NCBI GenBank assembly: GCA_964291285.2
Contig: OZ219786.1
Coordinates: 1,152,001 to 1,216,000 of the forward strand
From: Alphaproteobacteria bacterium
GTDB taxonomy: Bacteria > Pseudomonadota > Alphaproteobacteria > Bin95
Length of the DNA stretch: 64,000 nucleotides
Direction: 5' to 3'
Shown piece after piece: positions 10,314 to 20,843 of this stretch. The notes under the pieces were generated by a model. The model was not told the DNA's origin and ran no database searches. It saw only the letters and a list, made by a program, of their open reading frames with translations. The position numbers and the translations under genes were made by a program. Position 1 is the stretch's first letter; the number at the start of each line of letters is the position of its first letter.

Positions 10314-11558
10314 ATGAGCGAGGCGCAACATATCGCCGTCATCGGGGCCGGAATCGTCGGCACGGCGACGGCCTGCTACCTGCGGCGCGACGGCCATGAA
10401 GTGACGCTGATCGACCCTGAGCCGCCCGGCACCATGACCTCCTTCGGCAATGCCGGCGCGATCAGTTCCCACTCCTGCCTGCCGCAGACGGGGCCCGGCC
10501 TCATGTTCAAGGCGCCCCGCTGGCTGCTGGACCCGATGGGGCCGCTCTTCATCCGCTGGCGCCACCTGCCGGAGTTCCTGCCCTGGCTCATCCGCTTCGT
10601 GCGCGCCGGCCGGCCCGAGCCGATGCGCCGGCAGATGGACGCCATGGCCGCTCTCCACCGCCTGGCCCTCGACGCCCACAAGGACCTCGCCGCCGAGGCC
10701 GGCACGACCGGCCTCATCCGGGAGAACGGGACGCTCACCGTCTATGAGAGCGAGCGCAGCTTCCGGGCGGCGGCGGGCGACCGGGAGGGCCAGCGGCAGC
10801 GGGGCTTCGAGGTCGAGGAGCTCTCCGGCGACGAGCTCCGCCAGCTCGAACCGGGGCTGGCGCCGATCTTCCCTCATGCGGTCTTCTTCCCCAGGGGCGC
10901 CCATACGGTCAATCCGGGCGCGCTCACCGCCGGCCTGGCGGAAGCCTTCGCGCGCGGGGGCGGCCGGGTGCTGGCGGCCCGGGTCGCCGGCTTCGATTTC
11001 GACGACGACCGGCCCGCGGCGGTCCGCACCTCCAGGGGCCGTCTGGCGGCGGACGGTTTCGTTGTCGCGGCCGGGGCCTGGTCCGCGGGCCTTGCCGAAA
11101 TGCTGGGCGAGAAGGCGGTGCTCGAATCCGAGCGCGGCTACCACCTGACCCTGCCGGACCCCGGCGTCGAGACGCGCCACCCGATCTCCTTCTACGACCG
11201 CAAGTTCATGGCGACGCCGATGGAGATGGGCCTCCGTCTCGCCGGCACCGCCGAGTTCGCCGGCCTCGACGCGCCGCCCGAGTGGAAGCGCATCGAGCCG
11301 CTCCGGGCCCATGCGCGCAGGGCGTTCCGGGACATCGACGCCTCGGACGGCTCGCCCTGGATGGGCAACCGGCCCGCCACGCCGGACTCGCTGCCGGTTC
11401 TTGGCGCCTCCAGGCTGCACCGGAACGTCTGGTACGGCTTCGGCCACGGCCATCTGGGGCTGACGGCCGGGCCGATCAGCGGCCGGCATATCGCCGACCT
11501 TGCCGCCGGACGCACGCCCGCGATCGACCTCGCCCCCTACAGCATCGGGCGGTTCTAG
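10314..11558 (+). CDS. FAD-dependent oxidoreductase, D-amino acid dehydrogenase (DadA-like)
   Basis: IGAGIVG, TSFGNAG, WMGNRPATPDSLP and GHGHLGLT. Confidence 0.85.
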   Translation: MSEAQHIAVIGAGIVGTATACYLRRDGHEVTLIDPEPPGTMTSFGNAGAISSHSCLPQTGPGLMFKAPRWLLDPMGPLFIRWRHLPEFLPWLIRFVRAGRPEPMRRQMDAMAALHRLALDAHKDLAAEAGTTGLIRENGTLTVYESERSFRAAAGDREGQRQRGFEVEELSGDELRQLEPGLAPIFPHAVFFPRGAHTVNPGALTAGLAEAFARGGGRVLAARVAGFDFDDDRPAAVRTSRGRLAADGFVVAAGAWSAGLAEMLGEKAVLESERGYHLTLPDPGVETRHPISFYDRKFMATPMEMGLRLAGTAEFAGLDAPPEWKRIEPLRAHARRAFRDIDASDGSPWMGNRPATPDSLPVLGASRLHRNVWYGFGHGHLGLTAGPISGRHIADLAAGRTPAIDLAPYSIGRF

Positions 11559-11569
11559 AGCGCGCCGCC

Positions 11570-12325
11570 ATGCTGACCGACGCACAGCTCGACCGCTATG
11601 CCCGCCACCTGATCCTGCCGGAAGTGGGCGGCGCGGGGCAGCAGAAGCTGCTGGCCTCGCGCGTGCTGGCGGTGGGGGCGGGCGGCCTCGGCGCGCCGGT
11701 CCTGCTTTATCTCGCCGCCGCCGGGGTCGGCACGCTCGGCATCATCGACGACGACGATGTCGATGTCTCCAACCTCCAGCGCCAGGTGGTCCACAGCACG
11801 GACCGCATCGGCCGGCCCAAGGCCGAGAGCGCCGCCGCCGCCATCTGGGCGCTCGACCCCGCCATCGGCGTGGAGACCCACAATGAGCGGCTGACGGAGG
11901 CCAATGCCGCCCGGCTCTTCCGTGACTATGACCTCATCCTCGACGGCAGCGACAATTTCGCCACCCGCTATCTCGTCAACAAGGCCGCCATTGCTGCCGG
12001 ACGGACGCTCGTCTCGGGCGCGGTGCTGCGCTTCGACGGCCAGGTCTCCACCTTCAAGCCCCATGCCGGGCCGGAGCATCCCTGCTACCGGTGCCTGTTC
12101 CCGGAGCCGCCGCCGCCGGGCGCGGTGCCGGCCTGCTCGGAAGCCGGCATCCTCGGCGCGGTCGCCGGCGTCGTCGGCACGCTCATGGCGGTAGAGGCGT
12201 TGAAGGAACTGATCGGCATCGGCGACGGCCTCTCCGGGCGTCTGCAGCTCTACGATGCGCTCAACGCCTCGATGCGGACGATCCGCTTCAAGCGCCGCGC
12301 CGGCTGCCCCGCCTGCGGCGGCTGA
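11570..12325 (+). CDS. moeB: Molybdopterin-synthase adenylyltransferase (MoeB/ThiF family)
   Basis: RYARHLILPEVG, GAGGLG, SNLQRQ, CYRC and C-terminal CPAC. Confidence 0.88.
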   Translation: MLTDAQLDRYARHLILPEVGGAGQQKLLASRVLAVGAGGLGAPVLLYLAAAGVGTLGIIDDDDVDVSNLQRQVVHSTDRIGRPKAESAAAAIWALDPAIGVETHNERLTEANAARLFRDYDLILDGSDNFATRYLVNKAAIAAGRTLVSGAVLRFDGQVSTFKPHAGPEHPCYRCLFPEPPPPGAVPACSEAGILGAVAGVVGTLMAVEALKELIGIGDGLSGRLQLYDALNASMRTIRFKRRAGCPACGG

Positions 12326-13094
12326 CCTCGCCCCGTTACCGGCGTCAGGGGCCGCGACGCGCCCCCGGCGTCGGTCCTTTACTGAAAATTGTCCCTCATA
12401 TGTCGTATCGGTTTGTCAGATGTAATCGGAGATTTCTTTACATCAGCCAATCCATACGGCGGAATGCCCCGCGGGGGAGCGGCCCCGTCAGCGAGGCCGC
12501 CATGCTTCGGCATGCAGGGGGGAACCGCACTTGTTTTCGAGGCCGGCCGGCGCAGCAGCTCCGCGTGCGGGAGCGCGACGGCCCGCGATACGGCGATGCT
12601 GCCGCTGGATGTCCACGGCCCTCCTGCTGGTCTGCGCTGCAGCGACGCCGGCGGACCGGTCTTTCGCGCAATCCGCTCCGGCAAAACCGACCGGGCTGAC
12701 GGCCGAAGACGGAAATACCCAGGTGCGCCTGCGCTGGACCGGCCCGCAGGATTCGACGATCACGCTTTGGCAATATTCCTGGAAGCTGGAACCGCTTTCC
12801 TTGCAGGACACCGCTTCCTTTGGTCCATGGACGGACATGCCGGAAAGCGACTCGGCCACCAGGCGCTATACGGTAACCGGGCTGACGAACAACCGGACCT
12901 ACAAGTTCAAGATCCGGGCTGTGAATGCTGTCGACCACGGTCGCGAGTCCGATGAGGCGACCGGCGAGCCCTATCCGGTCTTTCCGGCCAAACCTGCCGG
13001 CTTTCAGGCACTTCCGGGAGACCGGAAAGTCGTTCTCATATGGGACCAGGTCGTGTCCCCAGGGGTGGTGTAGGAGCTGAAGCTTCCGGTGGTA

Positions 13095-13162
13095 GCTGTG
13101 GGTAAGTGGCCCGCCGCCGCGACCGTCTGGAGTCAGGCGGCGGCGGGCCACTTACCCACAGC
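13095..13162. repeat. 26-bp perfect inverted repeat in the IS256 leader
   Basis: GCTGTGGGTAAGTGGCCCGCCGCCGC (13095-13120) and its reverse complement (13137-13162), 16-nt loop. Confidence 0.9.
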
Positions 13163-13227
13163 GGAGGCCATCGCGGTGCCGGTTAGGGTTGGGCTGTCAC
13201 AGTCCACCTGACCGGAGGAGTACCACG

Positions 13228-14430
13228 ATGACCACCACCGACATGATGACCCTGCGGGCGCTGTTGGAGAAGAGTTCCGACGCCGACCTGCTTCGCGAGA
13301 TGATCGGGTTCACGGCCGCGCGTCTGATGGCGCTTGAGGTTGAGGGCCTTGCGGGCGCCGCGCACGGCGAGCGCTCGCCGGACCGGATCACGCAGCGCAA
13401 CGGCTACCGGGACCGGGTCTGGGAGACGCGGGCCGGCACGGTCGAACTGAAGATCCCGAAGCTGCGCAAGGGGAGCTACTTCCCGGGCTTCCTTGAACCG
13501 CGGCGGATGGCGGAGAAGGCGCTGACGGCGGTGATCCAGGAGGCCTACATCAAGGGCGTATCGACCCGCTCGGTGGACGACCTGGTGCAGGCGATGGGCA
13601 TGTCGGGCATCTCCAAGAGCCAGGTGTCGCGGCTGTGCGGCGAGATCGACGACAAGATCCGCGACTTCCTCGACCGGCCGCTGGAGGGCGACTGGCCGTA
13701 TCTCTGGCTTGACGCGACCTATGTGAAGATGCGCGAGGCCGGGCGCGTCGTCTCGGTCGCGGTCACCATCGCGGTGGCGGTCAACGATCAGGGCCGGCGC
13801 GAGGTGCTCGGCATGGCGATCGGCGCGTCCGAGGCCGAGACCTTCTGGACCGACTTCCTGCGCTCGCTCGCCCGCCGCGGCCTGCGCGGCGTCAAGCTGG
13901 TGATCTCCGACGACCACAAGGGCCTGAAGGCCGCCGCCACCCGCATCTTCGGCGCCACCTGGCAGAGATGCCGCGTCCACTTCATGCGCAACCTGCTCGC
14001 CCATGCCGGCAAGCAGGGCCGGCGCGTCGTCTCCGCCTTCGTCACTACCGCCTTCGCCCAGGAGGATGCAGACAGCGCCTCCGCCCAGTGGCGCCAGGTC
14101 GCCGACCAGCTCAGGCCCAAGGCGCCAAAGCTCGCCGCCATCATGGACGAGGCCGAGCACGATGTTCTCGCCTACATGACCTTCCCGGCCGCGCACCGCG
14201 CCAAGCTGCACTCGACAAACCCGCTCGAACGCCTCCACGGCGAGATCAAGCGGCGCACAAACACCGTCGGCATCTTCCCCAACGAGGACGCCATCACCCG
14301 GCTGATCGGCGCAATCCTGCTCGAGCAGAACGATGAATGGGCAGTCCAGAGAGCCAGATACATGACGCTGGAATCCATCGCTCCCGTGAGCGACAATACA
14401 ACCGTCAAGTTGCCCGCCGTGGCAGCCTGA
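13228..14430 (+). CDS. IS256-family (Mutator-type) transposase
   Basis: [35 protein letters not shown] and STNPLERL; RBS GGAGG. Confidence 0.95.
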   Translation: MTTTDMMTLRALLEKSSDADLLREMIGFTAARLMALEVEGLAGAAHGERSPDRITQRNGYRDRVWETRAGTVELKIPKLRKGSYFPGFLEPRRMAEKALTAVIQEAYIKGVSTRSVDDLVQAMGMSGISKSQVSRLCGEIDDKIRDFLDRPLEGDWPYLWLDATYVKMREAGRVVSVAVTIAVAVNDQGRREVLGMAIGASEAETFWTDFLRSLARRGLRGVKLVISDDHKGLKAAATRIFGATWQRCRVHFMRNLLAHAGKQGRRVVSAFVTTAFAQEDADSASAQWRQVADQLRPKAPKLAAIMDEAEHDVLAYMTFPAAHRAKLHSTNPLERLHGEIKRRTNTVGIFPNEDAITRLIGAILLEQNDEWAVQRARYMTLESIAPVSDNTTVKLPAVAA

Positions 14431-14616
14431 GCGTTCCGGCCCTACCCGCCGGACACCGCTACGGACGCCAGGCTCTTACACCACCCGCGGGGGCACGATC
14501 TGGGACCATGCGGACGATGTCAGCATATACGACTGGCAATACAGGTGGAAGGAGTCCGATGGCCCATACGGAAGCTGGCAGTCTATTCCCGCTTCCGATG
14601 AGAATACGACAACTTA

Positions 14617-14748
14617 TACCAACGGTCGTTGATTGGAACCTATAGCAGAGCCGCCCTCCGCAGCTCGCCTCCTGAGCCGAGGCCTCCTACTGCAAGAGGT
14701 AATCTCCGCCGAGAGAGGCTAATCGGTTCTTATCTGTGGCCGGTGGTA
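14617..14748. mobile_element. 132-bp MITE-like insertion
   Basis: Imperfect ~30-bp TIRs (TACCAACGGTCGTTGATTGGAACC vs revcomp TACCACCGGCCACAGATAAGAACC) flanked by TTA/TTA. Removal restores FN3 sequence TTTYT-VTGLKNG. Confidence 0.75.
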
Positions 14749-14851
14749 TTATACCGTCACCGGCCTTAAAAACGGCACCGAATATACCTTCCAAATTCGA
14801 GCATCTAACGGCCCGAACGGGCCTTGGTCGGATGAAAAATCCGCGACTCCC

Positions 14852-17800
14852 ATGCCAACGGCTCCCGAAAAGCCGACAGGTTTCTCGGTAGAATCCGGGA
14901 ACCTGAAGGTGACGCTGACATGGAATGATCCGGGAAACGACACGATCTCGAAATGGCAATACAAATACAAGACAACGGGAGATTACGGCTCTTGGATCGA
15001 CATACCCGGAAGCACGGCCGGCACAACCCGCCATATCGTCTCCATGCCGGTAAACGATACGGTTCATACATTCAGGATCCGGGCGGTAAATGACATCGGG
15101 GAAGGCGCGGAGTCCGACGAAGCCTCGGCGACGCCCGAGGCGAGAGCGCCGGAAGAACCGTCGGGGCTGATCGCGCTGACGGGCGATGCGCAGATTACTC
15201 TGGAATGGACAGACCCTTCCGACGCTTCGATCCTGAAGTGGCAATACGCCTACAGGACTGCCGGAAATTACGGGGACTGGGCCGACATTCCCGGCAGCGG
15301 CGCGGCCACGACGCGCCATACCATCGGCGAACTGGTCAACGGAACGACCTATACGATCAAAATACGGGCGGTAAACGATGTCGGCGACGGTCCGGAGTCG
15401 GACGGGGTATCCGCAACGCCGCTTTCCGTCCCGGCAAAGCCGGCAGGCTTCGCCGTCACCGCGGGAGACGCCCTTGCCGTCCTCGAATGGGACAACCCGC
15501 TGAACCCGACGATTACCGGCTGGGAGTATTCCTACAGAACCACGGGCAGCTACAGCGGCTGGACAGGCATTCCCGGCAGCGATGCGGCCACGACCGCCCA
15601 TACCGTTCCCGACCTTGAGAACGGCGTCGAACACACCTTCAGGTTGCGCGCGGTCAATGCCAGCGGCCCCGGCGCCGAGTCCGGCGGCATGGCGGCCACG
15701 CCCCGGCCGGTCCCGGCGAAACCCGCCGGGCTTCAGGCGGAGGCGGGCAATACGCAGGCAAGGCTGTCCTGGACCGACCCGGGCAACGACAGCATCTCCG
15801 GCTGGCAATACAGCTTGAAGACGACGGGGGATTACGGCGCCTGGACGAACATCCCCGGCAGCGGCCCCTCGACGGTCCGCTACACGGTGACGGGGCTCGC
15901 CAACAACGTTCTCCATGCCTTCCGGATTCGCGCTGTGAACGGCAGCGGCGCCGGGACCGAATCCGATGAGGCGTCCGCCACGCCCCGTGAGGGGCTGCCC
16001 GGAAAGCCGACGGGCTTCGAGGCCGAGGCCGGCGACGGGGAGGTCGTGCTGACCTGGGACGACCCCGACGATTCCAGCATCCAAGGCTGGCAGTACAGGA
16101 GCGGGGAGGCGAGCGGAGACTACAGCCGACATCCGGTCAATATCCCCGGCAGCGGCGCGAAGACCGTCCGGCATGTCGTGACCGGCCTGGAGAACGGCAA
16201 GACCTATTTCTTCATCCTCCGCGCTACAAACGCCGCCAACGGCAAGTGGTCCGACGAGCGCTCGGCCGCGCCCCGCTCGCTGCGCCCGGCCGCGCCGACC
16301 GGGCTGAAGGCCGCCCCGGGAGATGCGAGCGTCGCGCTGAGATGGGACGACCCGGGCGACGCGACGATCACGGGCTGGCAATACGCCGTGAAAACAATGG
16401 CCGGCTTCGGTGCATGGATGGACATTTCGGGCAGCGACGCAGCCACGACCGCCTATACGGCGACCGGGCTCGACAACGGCGAGAAGCACGTCTTCAAGCT
16501 GCGCGCCGTGAACGGCCATGGCGCCGGGGCGGAGTCGGCGGAGGTCTCCGCCACGCCGGTCCCCGTTCCGGTCAAGCCGGCAGGTTTCGAGGCGGCGCCC
16601 CGCGACGGGAAAGTCGCGCTGACCTGGAACGACCCGGGCGACGCGACGATTACGGGCTGGCAATACGCCGTAAAGACAACGGGCGCTTACGGCCCCTGGA
16701 CCGGTATCGCCGGCAGCGGTGCGGAAACGACTGCGCATACGGTGTCCCCGCTCGACAACGGCACGCCTTACGCCTTCAAGCTCCGCGCCGTAAATGCCAG
16801 CGGCAACGGCGCGGAATCGGATGAGGCGACAGCAACCCCGCTCGCGGTGCCGGCCAAGCCAACGGGCTTCACTGCCACGGCGGGAGATGGCGAGGTCTCG
16901 CTGACATGGACCGACCCGGGCAACAGCAGCATCATCGGCTGGGAATACAGCATCGGGGAGGCCGGCGTTTACAGAGACTGGACCGGCATCACCGGCAGCG
17001 GCGCGTCCACGATGAGCTATACGGTCCCCGACCTCGACAACGGCGCGCCCTACGCCTTCAGGGTCCGCGCAGTAAATCCCAGCGGCAACGGAGCGGAATC
17101 GGATGAGGCGACCGCAACCCCGCTCGCGGTCCCGGCCAAACCGGCGGGCTTCACCGCCACGGCGGGCGACGGGCAGGTCTCGCTGCAATGGGCCGACCCG
17201 ATGGATGCGACCATCACCGGCTGGCAATACGCCGTGGAGACAGCGGATGGCTTCGGCCCCTGGACCGGCATTCCCGACAGCGATGCGGAAACGGCAGCCT
17301 ACACGGTGGCCCCGCTCGACAACGGCACGCCTTACGCCTTCAAAGTACGCGCGGTAAATCTCAGCGGCAACGGAGCGGAATCGGACGAGGCGACTGCAAC
17401 GCCGATCCCGGTTCCGGCCAAGCCGGCGGGCTTCACCGCGACGGTGGGCGACGGGCAGGTCTCGCTGAGTTGGACCGATCCGGGCAACAGCAGCATCGTC
17501 AGCTGGGAATACAGCATTGGGGAGGCCGGCGTTTACAGAGACTGGACCGGCATCCCCGCCAGTGGCGCGTCCACGACGAGCTATACGGTGCCCGGCCTCG
17601 ACAACGGCACGCCCTACACCTTCAAAGTGCGCGCGGTAAATCCCAGTGGCAACGGAGCGGAATCGGACGAGGCGACCGCAACCCCGCTCGCGGTCCCGGC
17701 CAAACCGGCGGACCTGACCGCAACGGCCGGCGATGGGGAGATCACGCTGAGTTGGACCGATCCGGGCAACAGCAGCATCATCGGCTGGGAATACAGCATC

Positions 17801-20800
17801 GGGGAGGCCGGCGTTTACAGAGACTGGACCGGCATCCCCGGCAGCGGCGCGTCCACTATGAGCTATACGGTGCCCGGCCTCGACAACGGCACGCCCTACG
17901 CCTTCAAAGTTCGCGCCGTGAACGCCAGCGGCAACGGCACGGAGTCCGATGAGGCGACCGCCACGCCGCTGGCGGTTCCGGCAAAGCCGGCGGGCTTCGC
18001 CGCGACGGCGGGCGCCGGGGAAGTCGTGCTGTCATGGGACGACCCGGACGACCCCACAATCACCGGCTGGGAATACAACCAGCGGCGCGCAGGCGGGGAA
18101 TTCGAGGTGGACTGGACCCTTATCCTCGGCAGCGGCGCCGCCACGACGAGCTACAGGGTCACCGGCCTCGAAACCGGCGCGACCTACGGCTTCAAGGTCC
18201 GCGCCGTCGCCGGCGGACTTGCGGGCGCGGAGTCGGACGAGGAGACCGTAACCGTCACGCTGCCGCCGGTCCCGGCCAAACCGGCGGACCTGACGGCGAC
18301 GGCGGGCGACCGGGAGGTTACGCTGACATGGGACGATCCGGGCGACCCGTCGATCTCCGGCTGGCAATACCGCTATGGGCCGGCGGGCGAGTTCGGCGAC
18401 TGGACCGGCATTCCCGACAGCGATGCGGGCACGACCGGCTACACGGTGACCGGCCTCAAATACGGCGCAAGCTACGTATTCAGGGTCCGCGCCCTCAATG
18501 CCGGCGGCAACGGCAAGCAGTCCGAGGACGCAACCGCAACCTCGCTTCCGGCGATGCCGACGGGCTTCACCGCGACGGCGGGAGACGGGAAAGTGCTGCT
18601 GGAATGGGACGATCCCGGCGACCCGTCGGTTACCCACTGGGAATACAGGCAGCGGCAAGCCGATGAGCCGTTCGGAAACGATTGGACGGTTCTCCCGCAG
18701 GACGCCACGCCGACCCGCTTCACCGTTCCGGGCCTCGAAATCGGCGCGTCATACGCTTTCAAGCTTCGCGCTGTGAATGCCAGCGGCGCAGGCGCCGAGA
18801 CGGACGAGGTTGCCGCGACCCTGCTGCAGGTTCCCGCCAAGCCGGAGGAATTTACGGTCATACCGGGCGACGGGCTGGCGGCATTGCGATGGCAGAGCCC
18901 GGAAAACCCGGCCGCCGGCTGGCAATACCGGCACAGGACCGAGGGCGGCGAGTTCGGAGACTGGACCGATATGCCGCAAACCGCCGACGATGACGGATTT
19001 ACCGGCTACACCGTGACCGGGCTCGAAAATGGCGTCACCTATTTCTTCCAGGTTCGCGCGGTGGGTGCATCCGGCGCCGGCCCGCCCTCCGAAACGGCAA
19101 GAGCGTCACTGGAACCGGCGCTGGAGCGACCCACCGGCCTCAGGGCGACCCCCGGTTACGGGCAGGTCGTTCTGACTTGGGAAGCCGCGCGCGATCCGAA
19201 CGTCCGCTGGCAGTATGCCTGCTGGATCAACGGCGAGGATATGTGCAATCCCAGAATCGATGATTCTCCGATGGAAAATATACCGAATCCCTGCCGCAAG
19301 TTGCCTTGGATCGATATTCCCGGCAGCAGCGCGGCGACCGTCCGGCACACGGTACCGGGCCTTGCCAGCGGAATCGCTCACACGTTCCAGATTCGAACGG
19401 CTGTGGGCGACAAGTGCAGCGACGAATCGAATGTCGCTTACGCAACGCCGAAAGCGGCAGCGACACCGGCGGAGCGGACGACGGTCAAGGCTGTTCTGGC
19501 GGGCCTCGCGGGCCATGTGGCGGTGGGCGCGAACGCCGTGATCGGGGCGCGCTTCTCCGCCGGTCCGGCTCAGTCGAGTGTCGTTCTCGCCGGGCGGGAG
19601 GTTCCTCTGTTCGCGCGCGGCGGCGAAGAACGGATGCGAGTGCCGCCCGGCGGCGCACCGAAGGCAACCGTCCGGGGCATAAGCGGCCGGGAATTGCTGC
19701 AAGACAGCTCGTTCCAGGTCGCGCTCGGCCCGCCCGGAGGGGAAGGCTTCCCGCAATGGTCGCTCTGGCACCGGGGCGACCTGACGCGTTTCGAGGGCTC
19801 CGCCGGCGCCGGGTCGCGCTACGGAGGCCGCCTGTTGTCGGCCTGGTACGGCGTCGATATGCGGTGGGACGGGCGGTGGCTGGCGGGCGCGGCGCTGGCC
19901 CGCAGCAAAGCGGAAGTGGACTATGCCGGCGGCGGCGGCTCCGGTTTGCTGAGGACCGTCCTCGACAGCGTGCATCCCTATCTGCTGCGGCAGTTCGAGG
20001 AGGGCGGAACGGCCTGGGTTACGGTCGGCAGCGGACGGGGAACGATCGGGAACGAGACGGCGGGCCGGGATATCGAGACCGCGGATGCCGAACTGGCGAC
20101 GGCCTCCACCGGTTTCCGCGCCCCGCTGCCGGCGTTCCGCGGCCTGAAACTGTCCGCCTCCGGAGCGGCCGGCTTCGCACGGTTCGAAGCCGACGGGGAC
20201 GCGCAGACTGCTATCGGCTCGCTTTCCGCCTCCACGAACCGCCAGAGCCTCGGCGCCGAGGCCGCGCTGGAAGATGGGGACACCGCCTACCGCGCATCCC
20301 TGTCGCTGCGCCGCGACGGCGGCGACGGCGCGAACGGCATCGGCCTCGAATTGGCGAAAGGCGTCGAAGCGGCGCTGCCGTCGCTGTCCGGACACGCGGC
20401 GGTCCGTACACGGTGGCTGGTCTGGAATTCCAACGGCGAATACCGGGAATTCGGCGTTGCGGCCGCAGTTCGCCGCCCGGCCGGACCGGACGGCCGCGGC
20501 CTTTCATGGTCGTTGTCGGTTGCGCAGGGGACGGCGGACGGCGCGGCCGGAGGGCCCGAGTCGTTCTGGCGCGAGGACGCTCCGGAACGGGGCGGAGGCG
20601 AGGACGCGTTCTCGCTGGATTTGAGCGCCGGCTGGGGGCTCGTTTCCCGCGGGAGCACGTTTACGCCGCGCGCCGCATTCGGCCTCGCCGGCACGAATGA
20701 CCGAAGGCTCGCGCTCGGACTCGATATCGGGCCGCTGTCCGGCCCCAGGCTGAAACTCGGCGCCGAGCGCCGCATTCCGCATGCGGGCAGTCCCGAAAGC

Positions 20801-20833
20801 CGCATTACCGCCGCCGTGCAGTTCAGATTCTAG
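14852..20833 (+). CDS. Residual ORF of the FN3 adhesin: 16 FN3 modules plus beta-barrel, without signal peptide
   Basis: 1993-aa ORF made of ~94-aa repeats; the start ATG is internal to the ancestral gene. Confidence 0.7.
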   Translation: MPTAPEKPTGFSVESGNLKVTLTWNDPGNDTISKWQYKYKTTGDYGSWIDIPGSTAGTTRHIVSMPVNDTVHTFRIRAVNDIGEGAESDEASATPEARAPEEPSGLIALTGDAQITLEWTDPSDASILKWQYAYRTAGNYGDWADIPGSGAATTRHTIGELVNGTTYTIKIRAVNDVGDGPESDGVSATPLSVPAKPAGFAVTAGDALAVLEWDNPLNPTITGWEYSYRTTGSYSGWTGIPGSDAATTAHTVPDLENGVEHTFRLRAVNASGPGAESGGMAATPRPVPAKPAGLQAEAGNTQARLSWTDPGNDSISGWQYSLKTTGDYGAWTNIPGSGPSTVRYTVTGLANNVLHAFRIRAVNGSGAGTESDEASATPREGLPGKPTGFEAEAGDGEVVLTWDDPDDSSIQGWQYRSGEASGDYSRHPVNIPGSGAKTVRHVVTGLENGKTYFFILRATNAANGKWSDERSAAPRSLRPAAPTGLKAAPGDASVALRWDDPGDATITGWQYAVKTMAGFGAWMDISGSDAATTAYTATGLDNGEKHVFKLRAVNGHGAGAESAEVSATPVPVPVKPAGFEAAPRDGKVALTWNDPGDATITGWQYAVKTTGAYGPWTGIAGSGAETTAHTVSPLDNGTPYAFKLRAVNASGNGAESDEATATPLAVPAKPTGFTATAGDGEVSLTWTDPGNSSIIGWEYSIGEAGVYRDWTGITGSGASTMSYTVPDLDNGAPYAFRVRAVNPSGNGAESDEATATPLAVPAKPAGFTATAGDGQVSLQWADPMDATITGWQYAVETADGFGPWTGIPDSDAETAAYTVAPLDNGTPYAFKVRAVNLSGNGAESDEATATPIPVPAKPAGFTATVGDGQVSLSWTDPGNSSIVSWEYSIGEAGVYRDWTGIPASGASTTSYTVPGLDNGTPYTFKVRAVNPSGNGAESDEATATPLAVPAKPADLTATAGDGEITLSWTDPGNSSIIGWEYSIGEAGVYRDWTGIPGSGASTMSYTVPGLDNGTPYAFKVRAVNASGNGTESDEATATPLAVPAKPAGFAATAGAGEVVLSWDDPDDPTITGWEYNQRRAGGEFEVDWTLILGSGAATTSYRVTGLETGATYGFKVRAVAGGLAGAESDEETVTVTLPPVPAKPADLTATAGDREVTLTWDDPGDPSISGWQYRYGPAGEFGDWTGIPDSDAGTTGYTVTGLKYGASYVFRVRALNAGGNGKQSEDATATSLPAMPTGFTATAGDGKVLLEWDDPGDPSVTHWEYRQRQADEPFGNDWTVLPQDATPTRFTVPGLEIGASYAFKLRAVNASGAGAETDEVAATLLQVPAKPEEFTVIPGDGLAALRWQSPENPAAGWQYRHRTEGGEFGDWTDMPQTADDDGFTGYTVTGLENGVTYFFQVRAVGASGAGPPSETARASLEPALERPTGLRATPGYGQVVLTWEAARDPNVRWQYACWINGEDMCNPRIDDSPMENIPNPCRKLPWIDIPGSSAATVRHTVPGLASGIAHTFQIRTAVGDKCSDESNVAYATPKAAATPAERTTVKAVLAGLAGHVAVGANAVIGARFSAGPAQSSVVLAGREVPLFARGGEERMRVPPGGAPKATVRGISGRELLQDSSFQVALGPPGGEGFPQWSLWHRGDLTRFEGSAGAGSRYGGRLLSAWYGVDMRWDGRWLAGAALARSKAEVDYAGGGGSGLLRTVLDSVHPYLLRQFEEGGTAWVTVGSGRGTIGNETAGRDIETADAELATASTGFRAPLPAFRGLKLSASGAAGFARFEADGDAQTAIGSLSASTNRQSLGAEAALEDGDTAYRASLSLRRDGGDGANGIGLELAKGVEAALPSLSGHAAVRTRWLVWNSNGEYREFGVAAAVRRPAGPDGRGLSWSLSVAQGTADGAAGGPESFWREDAPERGGGEDAFSLDLSAGWGLVSRGSTFTPRAAFGLAGTNDRRLALGLDIGPLSGPRLKLGAERRIPHAGSPESRITAAVQFRF
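16850..17980 (+). repeat. Near-identical 282-bp tandem FN3-coding repeats
   Basis: GGCAACAGCAGCATC...GGGGAGGCCGGCGTTTACAGAGACTGGACCGGCATC recurs at ~16920, ~17484 and ~17766 (multiples of 282 bp). Confidence 0.85.
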
Positions 20834-20843
20834 GGAACGGAGT

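Larger units (their letters stand above)
13049..14500 (+). mobile_element. IS256-family insertion sequence (1452 bp)
   Basis: TIRs GGTCGTGTCCCCAGGGGTGGTGTAGGAGC and (revcomp) GATCGTGCCCCCGCGGGTGGTGTAAGAGC; 8-bp TSD TGGGACCA at 13041-13048 and 14501-14508. Confidence 0.95.
12531..20833 (+). pseudogene. Fibronectin type III repeat surface protein (18 FN3 modules plus C-terminal autotransporter-like beta-barrel), disrupted by IS256 and a MITE
   Basis: Signal-peptide-like N-terminus; modules P.KP.G...L.W.DP....WQY...Y.F..RAVN; C-terminus ends VQFRF. Segments 12531-13048, 14509-14616 and 14752-20833 join into one frame. Confidence 0.85.

Noticed and set aside
9267-11585. 772-aa minus-strand ORF as a single protein
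   Set aside because: Chimera of dadA antisense, the Na/Pi transporter N-half and read-through into IS701
14621-14755. Selenocysteine read-through or intron explaining the in-frame 135-nt insert with TGA
   Set aside because: TIRs plus target duplication fit a MITE better; too short for a group I/II intron; the gene is already broken by IS256
14852-19450. Regular repeats as a CRISPR array or DGR template/variable pair
   Set aside because: Units are 282-bp in-frame FN3 modules; no spacers, cas genes or reverse transcriptase in the window
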